From contig CAWIMC010000021.1 of NCBI GenBank assembly GCA_963837005.1, positions 14,880 through 78,879 on the forward strand: 64,000 bases of DNA, read 5' to 3'. The DNA is from Lewinellaceae bacterium (GTDB lineage Bacteria; Bacteroidota; Bacteroidia; Chitinophagales; Saprospiraceae). A program made the translations under genes and the position numbers. Below are positions 39,032-48,660 of this stretch, in pieces. The notes under the pieces were generated by a model. That model was given only the letters and a program-made list of their open reading frames with translations. It was not told where the DNA came from and searched no databases. The stretch's first letter is position 1. Each line of letters opens with the position of its first letter.

Positions 39032-42010
39032 ATGCGTCTCCTCTCCCGCTGCGCCCTCGCCGCCGCCGTCCTCCTGAGCGCCCTCGCCCAGGCCCAAGTC
39101 ACCGCCCCCGTCGCCGCCCCGTCCGACGAGCGCACCGGCCTCTACGCCGTCACCGCCAGTAAGGTCTACGTCACGCCCGATAAGGTCCTCGAGAACGCCA
39201 CCGTCCTCGTGCGCGACGGCCGCATCGAGAACGTCGGCGTCGGCATCCCCATCCCCGCCGGTACGGTGACCATGGACCTCGGCGGCAAGACCATCGTCCC
39301 CGCCTTTATCGATTTGATGACCACCTACGGCCAGCCCGAGGTCAAGCCCGCCGAGCGCAACTTCCGCCGCCCGCAGTACACCTCCAACACCGACGGACCC
39401 TACGCCTGGAACGAGGCCCTCAAGGCCGAGTACAACGCTGCGGCCAACTTCACCAACGACGCCAAGCGCGCCGCCGCCATGCGCAAGCTCGGCTACGGCG
39501 CCGTGATGGCCCACCGCGCCGACGGTATCTCCCGCGGTTCCGCCGCCTTCGTGGCTCTGTCGGATCAGCCAGAGCAGGAGAGTCTGCTGAAGACCAGCGC
39601 CGCCCACGTGATGAGTTTCGACAAGGGATCGAGCGCGCAGGCGTACCCGAGCTCGCTAATGGGTATGATCGCGCTGCTACGGCAGACCTACCTCGACGCG
39701 GACTGGTACGGCCGCACGGGCGTGAAGGAGGAGAAGAACCTGAGCCTCGACGCCTGGCGCGAGCTACAGTCCCTGCCGCAGTTCTTCGTGGTGGCCGATA
39801 AGCTCGACGCCATGCGCGCCCTCAAGGTCGGCCAGGAGTTCAAGACGCCCTACGTCATCATCGGCGGCGGGGACGAGTACCAGCGCCTCGACGCCTTCCC
39901 CGGCAAGCAGCGCTTCGTGATCCCGCTGAGCTTCCCGGACGCCTACGACGTGGCCGACCCGTACGACGCGCAGATGGTCGACTACACCGACATGCTCCAC
40001 TGGGAGCTGGCCGACGCCAACGCCGCCTACCTCAAGCAGGCCGGGCACGAGGTGGCCTTCACGATCAACGGCCTCGGCGAGGACGAGAAGACCTTCTTCG
40101 AGCGCCTCGACCGCGTACGGGCGACGGGCGTGTCGCCGGCCGACTTACTGCGTGCCCTCACCGTCACCCCGGCAACTTTCGTCGGGATGCAGTCCGAGAT
40201 CGGGACGCTCGAGAAAGGCCGCATCGCCAACTTCACGGTCATCGACGAGTGGCCGGTCAAGAAGGAGACCAAGGTCTACGACACCTGGGTCCAGGGCCAG
40301 CGCTTCGAGGTCAACCCGATGACTACGGAGGCGGGCACGGGCGACTACCGCGTGGTGGTCGGTCCGAAGGCCTACCTGCTGAGCGTCAAAAAAGGCAACA
40401 AGGCTACCGTTACGCCGGCCGGTGACACGCTCAAGATCGACGCCAAGCTCACGGCCGACGACCAGCGCGTGTCGCTCAACTTCCCCGTCGACACCGCCAA
40501 GAACGCCATGCGCGTGCGCCTGTCCGGTCGCGTCGACGGGCTCGGCAACTGGAGCGGCATGGGCTACGACGAGCGCGGCAACTGGATCGGGTGGACCGGC
40601 ACCGGCGAGATCACCGAGACACCACGCGCGAAGGATACCGTCGAGGTCCGCCCGACCGTCAAAACCCTTCCCGTACTTCCGAAACCCTTCACGGCCTTCG
40701 GCGAGCCGGTTTTGCCGAAAGGCGAATCCTTCGTCGTGCGGGGCGCCACCGTCTGGACCAACGAGGCCGAGGGCAAACTCGAGGACGCGGACGTGTACGT
40801 CGTCAACGGCAAGATATCAGCCGTCGGCAAGGGACTTAAGGTGCCGAACGGCGTCACGTCCGTCGACGGCAAGGGCAAGCACCTCACCACCGGCATCATC
40901 GACGAGCACTCCCACATCGCCATCAGCCGCGGCGTCAACGAGGGCTCGCAGGAGTCGACCGCCGAGGTGCGCATCGGGGACGTGGTCAACTCGGAGGATG
41001 TCAACCTGTACCGCCACCTCGCGGGCGGGGTCACGGCCGTGCAGCAGTTGCACGGTTCGGCCAATCCGATCGGCGGGCAGTCCGCGCTCATCAAGCTGCG
41101 CTGGGGGATGCTCCCGGACCAGATGAAGATCGACGGGGCGGATGGCTTCATCAAGTTTGCCCTCGGGGAGAACGTCAAGCAGAGCAACTGGGGCGCCGGT
41201 TTCACGACGCGCTACCCGCAGACCCGCATGGGCGTGGAGCAGGTGTTCGATGACTACTTCACTAGGGCGGCGGCTTACGCCAAAACACGCAAAGCCGATC
41301 CCAGTACCCGGCGTAACCTCGACCTGGAGACCCTCGCCGAGATCCTCAATAAGGAGCGCTTCATCACCTGCCACTCCTACAAGGCATCGGAAATTTTCAT
41401 GCTCATGGCCGTGGCCGAGCGGCACGACTTCCGCGTCAACACCTTCACGCACATCCTCGAGGGCTACAAGGTGGCCGACGAGATGCGCGAGCACGGCGTG
41501 GGTGCCTCGACTTTTAGCGACTGGTGGGCTTACAAATTCGAGGTCTGGGACGCCATCCCGCAGAATGGCCCAATCATGCACGACCAGGGCGTCGTGGTGG
41601 CCTTCAACTCGGACGACGCAGAACTCGGTCGTCGTCTAAATCAGGAAGCCGGCAAGGCTCTGCAGTTCAGTGACCTCTCCGAGACGGAGGCCTGGAAGTT
41701 CGTGACCCTCAACCCCGCCAAGCTCCTCCACCTCGACAAGCGCATGGGCTCCATCAAGCCCGGCAAGGACGCCGACCTCGTGCTCTGGAACGACTACCCG
41801 ATGAGTGTCTACGCCTCGGCCGACAAGACCTGGGTCGACGGGACGCTCTACTTCGACCGCGACAATATGCGGGAGCGGCAATCGGCCATCAACGTCGAGC
41901 GCAATCGCCTGGCCCAGGCTATGCTCGACGACAAGAACGCCGGTAAGCGCACGCGGCCCGTGGAGGCGCGCGGCGGACAACTGGATGGGTGCGATAGTGA
42001 GCACCAGTAG
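39032..42010 (+). CDS. Large secreted amidohydrolase-family protein (two amidohydrolase-like domains)
   Basis: Signal peptide MRLLSRCALAAAVLLSALAQAQ. ...GKTIVPAFIDLMT... and a second-domain metal site GIIDEHSHIAISRG. This is the common Bacteroidota paired-amidohydrolase arrangement with the next gene. Confidence 0.8.
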   Translation: MRLLSRCALAAAVLLSALAQAQVTAPVAAPSDERTGLYAVTASKVYVTPDKVLENATVLVRDGRIENVGVGIPIPAGTVTMDLGGKTIVPAFIDLMTTYGQPEVKPAERNFRRPQYTSNTDGPYAWNEALKAEYNAAANFTNDAKRAAAMRKLGYGAVMAHRADGISRGSAAFVALSDQPEQESLLKTSAAHVMSFDKGSSAQAYPSSLMGMIALLRQTYLDADWYGRTGVKEEKNLSLDAWRELQSLPQFFVVADKLDAMRALKVGQEFKTPYVIIGGGDEYQRLDAFPGKQRFVIPLSFPDAYDVADPYDAQMVDYTDMLHWELADANAAYLKQAGHEVAFTINGLGEDEKTFFERLDRVRATGVSPADLLRALTVTPATFVGMQSEIGTLEKGRIANFTVIDEWPVKKETKVYDTWVQGQRFEVNPMTTEAGTGDYRVVVGPKAYLLSVKKGNKATVTPAGDTLKIDAKLTADDQRVSLNFPVDTAKNAMRVRLSGRVDGLGNWSGMGYDERGNWIGWTGTGEITETPRAKDTVEVRPTVKTLPVLPKPFTAFGEPVLPKGESFVVRGATVWTNEAEGKLEDADVYVVNGKISAVGKGLKVPNGVTSVDGKGKHLTTGIIDEHSHIAISRGVNEGSQESTAEVRIGDVVNSEDVNLYRHLAGGVTAVQQLHGSANPIGGQSALIKLRWGMLPDQMKIDGADGFIKFALGENVKQSNWGAGFTTRYPQTRMGVEQVFDDYFTRAAAYAKTRKADPSTRRNLDLETLAEILNKERFITCHSYKASEIFMLMAVAERHDFRVNTFTHILEGYKVADEMREHGVGASTFSDWWAYKFEVWDAIPQNGPIMHDQGVVVAFNSDDAELGRRLNQEAGKALQFSDLSETEAWKFVTLNPAKLLHLDKRMGSIKPGKDADLVLWNDYPMSVYASADKTWVDGTLYFDRDNMRERQSAINVERNRLAQAMLDDKNAGKRTRPVEARGGQLDGCDSEHQ

Positions 42011-42012
42011 AA

Positions 42013-42100
42013 GAGGTTGTTTGGTTGGTGGTTAATTGGTGGTTAGGTGCGGACGCACGGCAACCAAATAATCACATCCAACCAACCAACCAAACAACCA
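42013..42100. repeat. Imperfect palindromic element with GGTTGTTTGGTTGGTGG / CCAACCAACCAAACAACC arms (copy 2 of 2)
   Basis: 42016-42032 pairs with 42080-42098. Lies in the 100-bp gap between the two amidohydrolase genes. Confidence 0.7.
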
Positions 42101-42110
42101 AAAACGAATT

Positions 42111-43414
42111 ATGAAAAGTCTTCTAGTCCTTACCCTCTTCGGCCTTTCGCAGGCGACTGCTCGCCCAGATCATCCCCGCGCCCCCGCAGGCCACTCCCGT
42201 CACCATCGTCGGCGCCACCGTTCACGTCGGTGACGGAACGCACGGTCATCGAGAATGGCGCGGTGAGTTTTGCCGGAGGGCTCATCACCTACGTCGGACC
42301 GCGCACGGGCGCCCCGACGGTCGCGGGCCAGACCACCATCGACGCCACTGGCAAGCACGTCTACCCGGGCTTCATCGCCATGGACACGCGTCTCGGCTTG
42401 CTCGAGATCGATGCAGTGCGCTCAACCGATGATGTCTCGGAGGTAGGCTACTTCAACCCGAACGCCCGCGCGCTGGTAGCTTTCAACAGCGACTCGGAGA
42501 TCCTACCGACGGTTCGCAACCTCGGCGTCCTCATCGCCCAGGTCACGCCGGACGGCAGTGGCCTCGCCGGACAATCGAGCGCGATGTACATGGACGGCTG
42601 GAACTACGAAGGCTCCGTGGTCGGGGCCGACGAAGGGATGCACCTGCACTGGCCGAACGCCTACACGCAATCCGGCTGGTGGGCCGAGCCCGGCGGGATC
42701 AAGAAGAATAAGGATTACAACAGCGACGTCGAGAAGCTCGACAGCTACTTCGCACAGGCCAAGGCCTACCAGGCTTCCGCCAAAACGAAGGACAACGTCG
42801 ACAACCCACGGTTTCGTAGCATGGAGCGGGTCTTCACGAAGGCCCAGACGCTCTACATCCACGCCACCTACCCCCGCGAGATCGAGGACGCGATTGCCTT
42901 CGGGGAGCGCCACGGCGCGAGGGTGGTCCTGGTGGACGCGCGCGATGCCTACCTCGTGAAGGACCTGTTGCGCCAGAAGCAGACCCCGGTGGTCTGCGGC
43001 CCGGTCCACGCCCTGCCCGAGCGCGGGGACGACCTCGTGAGCCAGCCTTTCGAGACCCCCGCCGAGCTACAGAAAGCCGGTATCCCGATTGCCTTCAGTC
43101 TATCGGGCGCCTGGGAGCAGCGCCGCGTGCCCTACCACGCTGGAATGGCCGTGGGTTTTGGGCTCCCGTACGAGCAGGCCGTGAAAGGTCTCACGCTAGC
43201 GCCGGCAACGATGATGGGGATTGCCGACAAGGTCGGCTCGCTCGCCGTCGGCAAGCACGCCACGCTCTTCGTGAGCGAAGGTGACGCGCTGGACATGCAG
43301 TCGGCTGTTTTGGCGAAAGCCTACATCCAGGGCCGCGACATCGACCTGAGCAGCAAGCAGACCAAGTTGGCTGATAAGTACAGGGAGAAGTACTCGCGGG
43401 AGAAGGGGCGGTAG
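42111..43414 (+). CDS. Amidohydrolase-family protein (partner of 39032..42010); N-terminal region shows two frame changes
   Basis: The signal peptide MKSLLVLTLFGLSQATA is in frame A (from the ATG at 42111). QIIPAPPQATPVTIVGATVHVGDGT is in frame A+1. The remainder (ERTVIENGAVSFAGGLITYVGP...GFIAMDTRLGLLEID...) is in frame A+2, which is track ORF 42047..43414. Removing one nucleotide near 42245 would restore GDGT(Q/H)VIENG. Confidence 0.7.
43308..43321 (-). repeat. Dispersed 15-mer, exact copy
   Basis: ttttggcgaaagcc. Encodes VLAKA. Confidence 0.8.
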
Positions 43415-43470
43415 GGGTGCCTAAGGCCTGTCGTACGACTACGCCACGAACGCGGACGTACCTTCGGGCT

Positions 43471-44703
43471 ATGTGGACGCTAAGCGACGAGGAGCTCGAA
43501 GTTTTACTGCGTGAACCTGAGTCGACGCGCGTCGAGCGCAAGTCGGTCTGGTCGAAAGAAGTAGGCACGAGGGCACGGGAAGCCGTGTGTGCATTCGCCA
43601 ACGACCTCGGCAACACGGAGCAGGCGGGGGTACTCTTCATCGGCGCCAACGACGATGGGACGCCGAGTGGGCTCGTGATCGATGACCGGCTGCTGCTGTC
43701 GCTCACCGGTATAAGAAGCGACGGGAACATTTTGCCACTGCCCACGATCCAGGTGGAGAAGCGCCGCCTGGCCGGAGGCGAGATGGCCGTCGTCTTCGTG
43801 GCTCCGAGCGACGCGCCTCCCGTGCGCTACCAGGGGCGGATCTGGGTTCGGTCTGGGCCGAGCCGCATGCTCGCCTCCGCGCAGGAAGAAAGGATCCTCA
43901 ATGAGCGCCGACGCTGGCGGGACCTACCGTGGGATTTGCATCCCTACGCGAGTGCGAGCCTCTCCGACCTCAGCATGGCGCGGTTCCAGGAAGAGTACCT
44001 GCCCCGGGCCTTCGCCCCGGAGGTGCTGGCTGCCAATGAGCGCAGCCCGGAGGAGCGGCTCGCGGCGACCAAGATGATCCACTCCGTGCTGGACCCATCG
44101 CCGACGGCACTTGGCTTGCTTACGCTGTGCCCCCGTCCGGATCAATTTATTTCTGGTCACTACGTGCAGGTCCTCAGGTTTCAGGGGACGGAGCGCGTCG
44201 ACGCGATCGATTTCGAGGAGGCCGTCTACGGCCCTCTCGGTCTGCTCGTCGCGACCATGCAACGCGTCTTCGCGGCGCTCAACCAAAAGGCGATCGACGT
44301 GGCGGGCGCCCCGGTGGAAAGGGTTCAGTACGAGTACCCGCCGGCTGCCTTCGACCAGCTCTTCGTTAACGCCGTGATGCACCGCAACTACGAGAGCAAC
44401 GCGCCGATCCGCGTGGAGCGCTTCACGGATCGCATGACGATCCAGAGCAACGGCGGTCTCTTCGGCGACATGACCCTCGCCAAGCTGCGCCAGGGCCAGG
44501 GCTCGGACTACCGCAATCCGAATGTCGCCAGCGTCATGAAGGACCTCGGACTCGTGCAGCGCTTCGGCGTCGGGATCCACCTCGCTATCGCCGCGATGGC
44601 GGCCGGTGGTAATCCCCCGCTCGAGTTCGAGGCAGACGAGTCGAGCGTGCGCGTGACGATGCGACCGAATGAGCGCTTTCGAGACTTCCCAAAGGTGCGG
44701 TAG
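43471..44703 (+). CDS. AlbA_2 + HATPase_c_4 ATP-binding protein (paralog of 11438..12655)
   Basis: MWTLSDEELEVLLREPESTRVERKSVW...[30 protein letters not shown]... and C-terminal ...FVNAVMHRNYESNAPIRVERFTDRMTIQSNGG... Confidence 0.75.
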   Translation: MWTLSDEELEVLLREPESTRVERKSVWSKEVGTRAREAVCAFANDLGNTEQAGVLFIGANDDGTPSGLVIDDRLLLSLTGIRSDGNILPLPTIQVEKRRLAGGEMAVVFVAPSDAPPVRYQGRIWVRSGPSRMLASAQEERILNERRRWRDLPWDLHPYASASLSDLSMARFQEEYLPRAFAPEVLAANERSPEERLAATKMIHSVLDPSPTALGLLTLCPRPDQFISGHYVQVLRFQGTERVDAIDFEEAVYGPLGLLVATMQRVFAALNQKAIDVAGAPVERVQYEYPPAAFDQLFVNAVMHRNYESNAPIRVERFTDRMTIQSNGGLFGDMTLAKLRQGQGSDYRNPNVASVMKDLGLVQRFGVGIHLAIAAMAAGGNPPLEFEADESSVRVTMRPNERFRDFPKVR

Positions 44704-44805
44704 CGGCAGAGCGGATGCTTCGTAACTCGGGTTCAGCTTTGCCTACGCGAATCTTCGATTTTGCCAAAATCTTTACCGCAGACACCACACGTGATCAGTG
44801 GAGCG

Positions 44806-44986
44806 ATCCATCATCCATTAGCGGAGCGGTCCATCGTCCATCAGCGCAGCGGTCCGCCGTCCATCAGCACAGCGGTCCATCATCCATCAGCGCAGCGGTC
44901 CATCGTCCATCAGCGCAGCGGTCCATCATCCATCAGCGCAGCGGTCCATCGTCCATCAACGCAGCGGTCCATCATCCCAACTTCTC
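44806..44986. repeat. Tandem 24-bp minisatellite, about 7 units (CAGCGGTCCATCRTCCATCAGCG)
   Basis: Seen directly in the sequence. Lies in the convergent intergenic region and overlaps the last codons of the aldo/keto reductase gene. Confidence 0.8.
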
Positions 44987-45817
44987 CATATCCCCCTCAC
45001 TCAAGGCTATCGCCCCCGCCGCTACGTTCTCCTCCAGGTGCTTGACGCTGCTCGTACCCGGGATCGGCAGCAGGTTCGGCTTGTGGTGAAGCAGCCACGC
45101 GATGGCGATTTGGTAGGGCGACTTACCGTGCGTTTTGGCGACAGCCTTCAGACCCTCGTGCTCTAAGCTGCCGGCACTGAGGGGATACCACGGGATAAAT
45201 CCGATTTTCTGCTCGGCGCACCAGTCCAACTCCTCCTCCCACTGCCGCTCCTGGAGGTTGTACTTGTTCTGGATGCTCACCACCGTGAAGTACTTCTGCG
45301 CCTCCTTGATCTGGTCCATCGTCACCTCCGAGAGCCCGAGGTGCCGCACGAGGCCTTGCTGCTGTAGCTCGGCGAGCGTACCGAGGAAGTCCTCGGAGGC
45401 CACCTTGTCGTCGAAGCGGTGGAGTTGGAAAAGGTCGATGCGCTCTAAGTTGAGGCGCTTGAGGCTCGACTTACAGCGTTCGATGAGGTGCTCCGGCCTG
45501 CCGTTGGGCGTCCACTTGTTCGGGCCGCCGCGCTCCAGACCGGCCTTGGTGGCGATGAGGACGCCGTCGTGGTAGGGGTGTAGCGCCTCGGCGATCAGCT
45601 CCTCGCTCACGAATGGTCCGTAGGAGTCGGCCGTGTCGATGAAGTTGACGCCGAGTTCGACGGCGCGCTGGAGGACGCGGATGGCCTCCTTCTTGTCCTT
45701 CGGCGGACCCCAGACGCCATCGCCGGTGATGCGCATGGCGCCGTAGCCGAGGCGGTTGATGTCGAAGTCGCCGATAGCGTAGGTAGGGTCGTAGGTGTTG
45801 GCCGTGGTCATGCCCAT
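44972..45817 (-). CDS. Aldo/keto reductase
   Basis: ...LGYGAMRITGDG...IDTADSYGPF... and ...IPGTSSVKHLEEN... blocks. Confidence 0.85.
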   Translation of the reverse strand: MGMTTANTYDPTYAIGDFDINRLGYGAMRITGDGVWGPPKDKKEAIRVLQRAVELGVNFIDTADSYGPFVSEELIAEALHPYHDGVLIATKAGLERGGPNKWTPNGRPEHLIERCKSSLKRLNLERIDLFQLHRFDDKVASEDFLGTLAELQQQGLVRHLGLSEVTMDQIKEAQKYFTVVSIQNKYNLQERQWEEELDWCAEQKIGFIPWYPLSAGSLEHEGLKAVAKTHGKSPYQIAIAWLLHHKPNLLPIPGTSSVKHLEENVAAGAIALSEGDMEKLG

Positions 45818-45844
45818 CCAACCGCCCCGCTGCGCGTCGAGTTC

Positions 45845-46741
45845 TCAGAGCTTGTAGATCAGCGTCCCGGAGAGCCGCCAGAACTCACTGGTGTTCTTGC
45901 CGCCCAGCACCGACGCCCCGCTCGCCGCGAAGCCCCAGTGCGTCGACTCTGAGTAGTACAGGGTGCCGCCGATCTGTTGGTAGTCGACATCGTAGGCCTG
46001 CGCTAGCTCCTCGACATCCGCCGTGAAGTTGCCGCCCCCGAGCGTGCGCTGGAACTCTACCCAGGCGTCGATGTAAAAGCGTTGGCCGGGATAGCCCGCT
46101 CGGAGCAACACATTGATGTTGTCGTATGGCTGCTCCGGGCGGTAGCCGGGCCGGGTGCGCTGGATGCGCGCGAGTTCGGCTTCGTCGAGCCCGTCGAAGC
46201 GGTAATTGTAGCCCGCTAGTGCGCTCACGAAGTAGCCCGTGCCGTTCCACTGCGCGAGCAGGCGCGGCTGTACGATTTGGGCGCGCTGTCCGATGGCCCC
46301 GTTGGCGACGACTTCGTAGTCGCTCAGCGGCAGTTGAATGCCGAGGGCGCCGATGAGGTCGAGAGTCCCGAGGCGCTTGGTGTCTGGGCCGAAGGGCTTT
46401 CGCCAAAACAACCCCTTCGCGAACAGCGCCCCGTCTTGCAGACCGGAGGTGGCATCCGTGACGACGTACGGGACACTCACCACGACATCCAGCCGGTCGG
46501 TGATTCCGTACGCCCCGAAGAGCCCCAAAAGTTGAGCGCGGAAGCCCTGATCTATCGTCTCCCCTTCGCCACCGATGAAGGTGCTGGCCCCTGTGGCCGA
46601 GAGCCCAACCGCGAGGTCGAGCTTGCCACGGTCCTTCATGTACCCATCGATCGGACCTTGGGCCCGCGCAGTAGTTCCGACGCCGAACGCAAGGCCGACG
46701 ACGGCCCCGAGAACACAAAGCAAGCGGCAAAATCGAATCAT
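45845..46741 (-). CDS. Putative outer-membrane beta-barrel protein
   Basis: Signal peptide MIRFCRLLCVLGAVVGLAFGVGTTARAQ, alternating-hydrophobic strands, C-terminal ...LSGTLIYKL. Confidence 0.55.
   Translation of the reverse strand: MIRFCRLLCVLGAVVGLAFGVGTTARAQGPIDGYMKDRGKLDLAVGLSATGASTFIGGEGETIDQGFRAQLLGLFGAYGITDRLDVVVSVPYVVTDATSGLQDGALFAKGLFWRKPFGPDTKRLGTLDLIGALGIQLPLSDYEVVANGAIGQRAQIVQPRLLAQWNGTGYFVSALAGYNYRFDGLDEAELARIQRTRPGYRPEQPYDNINVLLRAGYPGQRFYIDAWVEFQRTLGGGNFTADVEELAQAYDVDYQQIGGTLYYSESTHWGFAASGASVLGGKNTSEFWRLSGTLIYKL
46394..46407 (+). repeat. Dispersed 15-mer, exact copy
   Basis: ggctttcgccaaaa. On the coding (minus) strand it encodes FWRKP. Confidence 0.8.
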
Positions 46742-46834
46742 GTCTAGCGTGTACGTTGAATTTGTCGCGGGGGGTTGTCTCTTTGCACCCCGCGATCGTC
46801 GTGTCGTTTTTCAACGCACAAAGCAACCCCACCT

Positions 46835-47473
46835 ATGCCCCTGCACTGTCTTACCTTCAATCCCTTCCAGGAAAACACCTACGTCTTAGCGGATTCCGCG
46901 GGCCAGGCGGTCGTCGTCGATCCCGGTATGAGCGACGCCACTGAGCGGGCCACGTTCGACGAGTTTTTGCGAAAGCACGACCTCACCCTTGTCGGGTGCT
47001 GGCTCACCCATGCCCACATCGACCACGTCCTCGGCCTCGGTCATGTGTACGACACCTACGGTTTGCGGCCTCGTCTCCACCCCGGCGAAAGGCCCGTCTA
47101 CGACAGCAATCCGCAGGTGGCGAGCATGTACGGCGTCTCCCTTGCGCCTCTCCCCGAGGCCGTCTACGACATCACCGAAGGCGTGGCGATGCAGCTCGGA
47201 CACCTATCGCTGCAACCCATTCTCGCCCCGGGGCACTCGCCAGCCAGTGTTTGCTTCTACCTCGAGACCGAGGCGCTGCTGATCGGTGGCGACGTGCTGT
47301 TTCGCGACTCCATTGGCCGCACCGACCTTCCCGGCGGCGATCATGACACGCTGCTGAAGAGCATTCGTGAGCAAGTCTACCCTCTTCCCAAGGAGACCAT
47401 CGTTTGGCCCGGCCACGGCCCCAAAACCACCGTCGCTTACGAGCGCGTCAACAACCCCTTCGTCCGCGCGTAA
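46835..47473 (+). CDS. MBL-fold metallo-hydrolase (glyoxalase II-like)
   Basis: ...LTHAHIDHVLG... and ...PGHSPASVCFY... motifs. Confidence 0.8.
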   Translation: MPLHCLTFNPFQENTYVLADSAGQAVVVDPGMSDATERATFDEFLRKHDLTLVGCWLTHAHIDHVLGLGHVYDTYGLRPRLHPGERPVYDSNPQVASMYGVSLAPLPEAVYDITEGVAMQLGHLSLQPILAPGHSPASVCFYLETEALLIGGDVLFRDSIGRTDLPGGDHDTLLKSIREQVYPLPKETIVWPGHGPKTTVAYERVNNPFVRA

Positions 47474-47546
47474 ATTCTAACATCAACTATCGGGTCTCTC
47501 CGCCAGTCCGAGAGGACGCGCCCAAACAGCCGAAGCCGCCCCCCCT

Positions 47547-48455
47547 ATGTCCAATCCCCACTTTCTCGACGAGGCCCCGCCGCTCAACATGCTCGATGAG
47601 GGCGGCGACCCAAAGCTCCTGCGTCTCGGTCGGGTTATCAATACGCTAGGGCGGATTTCGCCAAAACTCGCCGGCTGGATCGCGCTGCAGCTGTTCATGC
47701 GCCCGCGGCGCTCGAAGTACAGCCCAGCCGCCGAGGTCTTTATGTCGAAGGCAGCGGAACTACAAGCGGCCTCGCGCGGGCGGCTGCACGGCTACCAGTG
47801 GGGGGCCAAAACGCTGCGCCCGCGCGTTTTGCTGGTGCACGGCTGGGAGTCTCACGCCGGCCGATGGATTCCGATGGCGGAGGCGCTCCTCCGAAGCGGA
47901 GCACAGGTGACGGCTTTCGACGGGCCGGCGCAAGGACGCAGCAGCGGTCGCCGCACCCCCTTCAACGAGTACGTCACCGCAGCCCTGGATTTCGAAGCTG
48001 CGCATGGCCCTTTTGACGCGTACGTCGGACACAGTCTCGGCGGTGGGGTAGTGATCCAACTCGCCGCCCGCGTGCCAGTAGCACGCCAACCCAAGGCCGT
48101 TGTCTGCATGGCGGGTTTCGATGAGTCCGAGCACGTCTTCGAGCGTTACCACCGCATGCTCGGCTACCAGTCCCACGTACAGGCCAGCTATGATCGTCAC
48201 GTCCTCAAGTTGCTCGGCCCGAGCGCCGCCGTGCGCGACTACTCCAATACCGCTGCTGTAGCGCAACTCGGCGACATCAAGGGCCTCGTCGTCCATAGCG
48301 ATGATGACGAGGTGATGCCAATTGCGGAAGGGCTCATTCTGCACGGTGCCTGGCCGAATGCGGAGTTGCATCAATATCCGGATGGACAGCACCGGCTCAC
48401 GGCAGAGCATATTGTAGAGCGAATAGTGGAGTGGGTGGTGGAAAATGGGAAATAG
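47547..48455 (+). CDS. Alpha/beta hydrolase
   Basis: ...LLVHGWESHAGRW..., ...GHSLGGGV... Confidence 0.75.
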   Translation: MSNPHFLDEAPPLNMLDEGGDPKLLRLGRVINTLGRISPKLAGWIALQLFMRPRRSKYSPAAEVFMSKAAELQAASRGRLHGYQWGAKTLRPRVLLVHGWESHAGRWIPMAEALLRSGAQVTAFDGPAQGRSSGRRTPFNEYVTAALDFEAAHGPFDAYVGHSLGGGVVIQLAARVPVARQPKAVVCMAGFDESEHVFERYHRMLGYQSHVQASYDRHVLKLLGPSAAVRDYSNTAAVAQLGDIKGLVVHSDDDEVMPIAEGLILHGAWPNAELHQYPDGQHRLTAEHIVERIVEWVVENGK

Positions 48456-48660
48456 GCGCACCTGCGGTGCTCTGAAATTATAACGCAAAGACGCAAACTG
48501 AAGGCACGCGAAGGCGCAAAGGTCTTCAGGTCGCCCCCGTCATCGTGCGCGCGGGTGCGGTCGCCTTTTGCGCGCTTTGCGTTTTCATTTGCGCCTTTGC
48601 GTTGAAAAAGACAATGCGCATAAATCTGAACCTCCGAAGCGTCCCAGTTGCTAACCTAGC

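Noticed and set aside
29355-44990. CRISPR array at the tandem-repeat loci (29366-29525, 38722-38992, 44806-44986)
   Set aside because: Repeats are contiguous, or separated by irregular short linkers rather than unique spacers of about 30-40 bp. No cas genes are present in the window.
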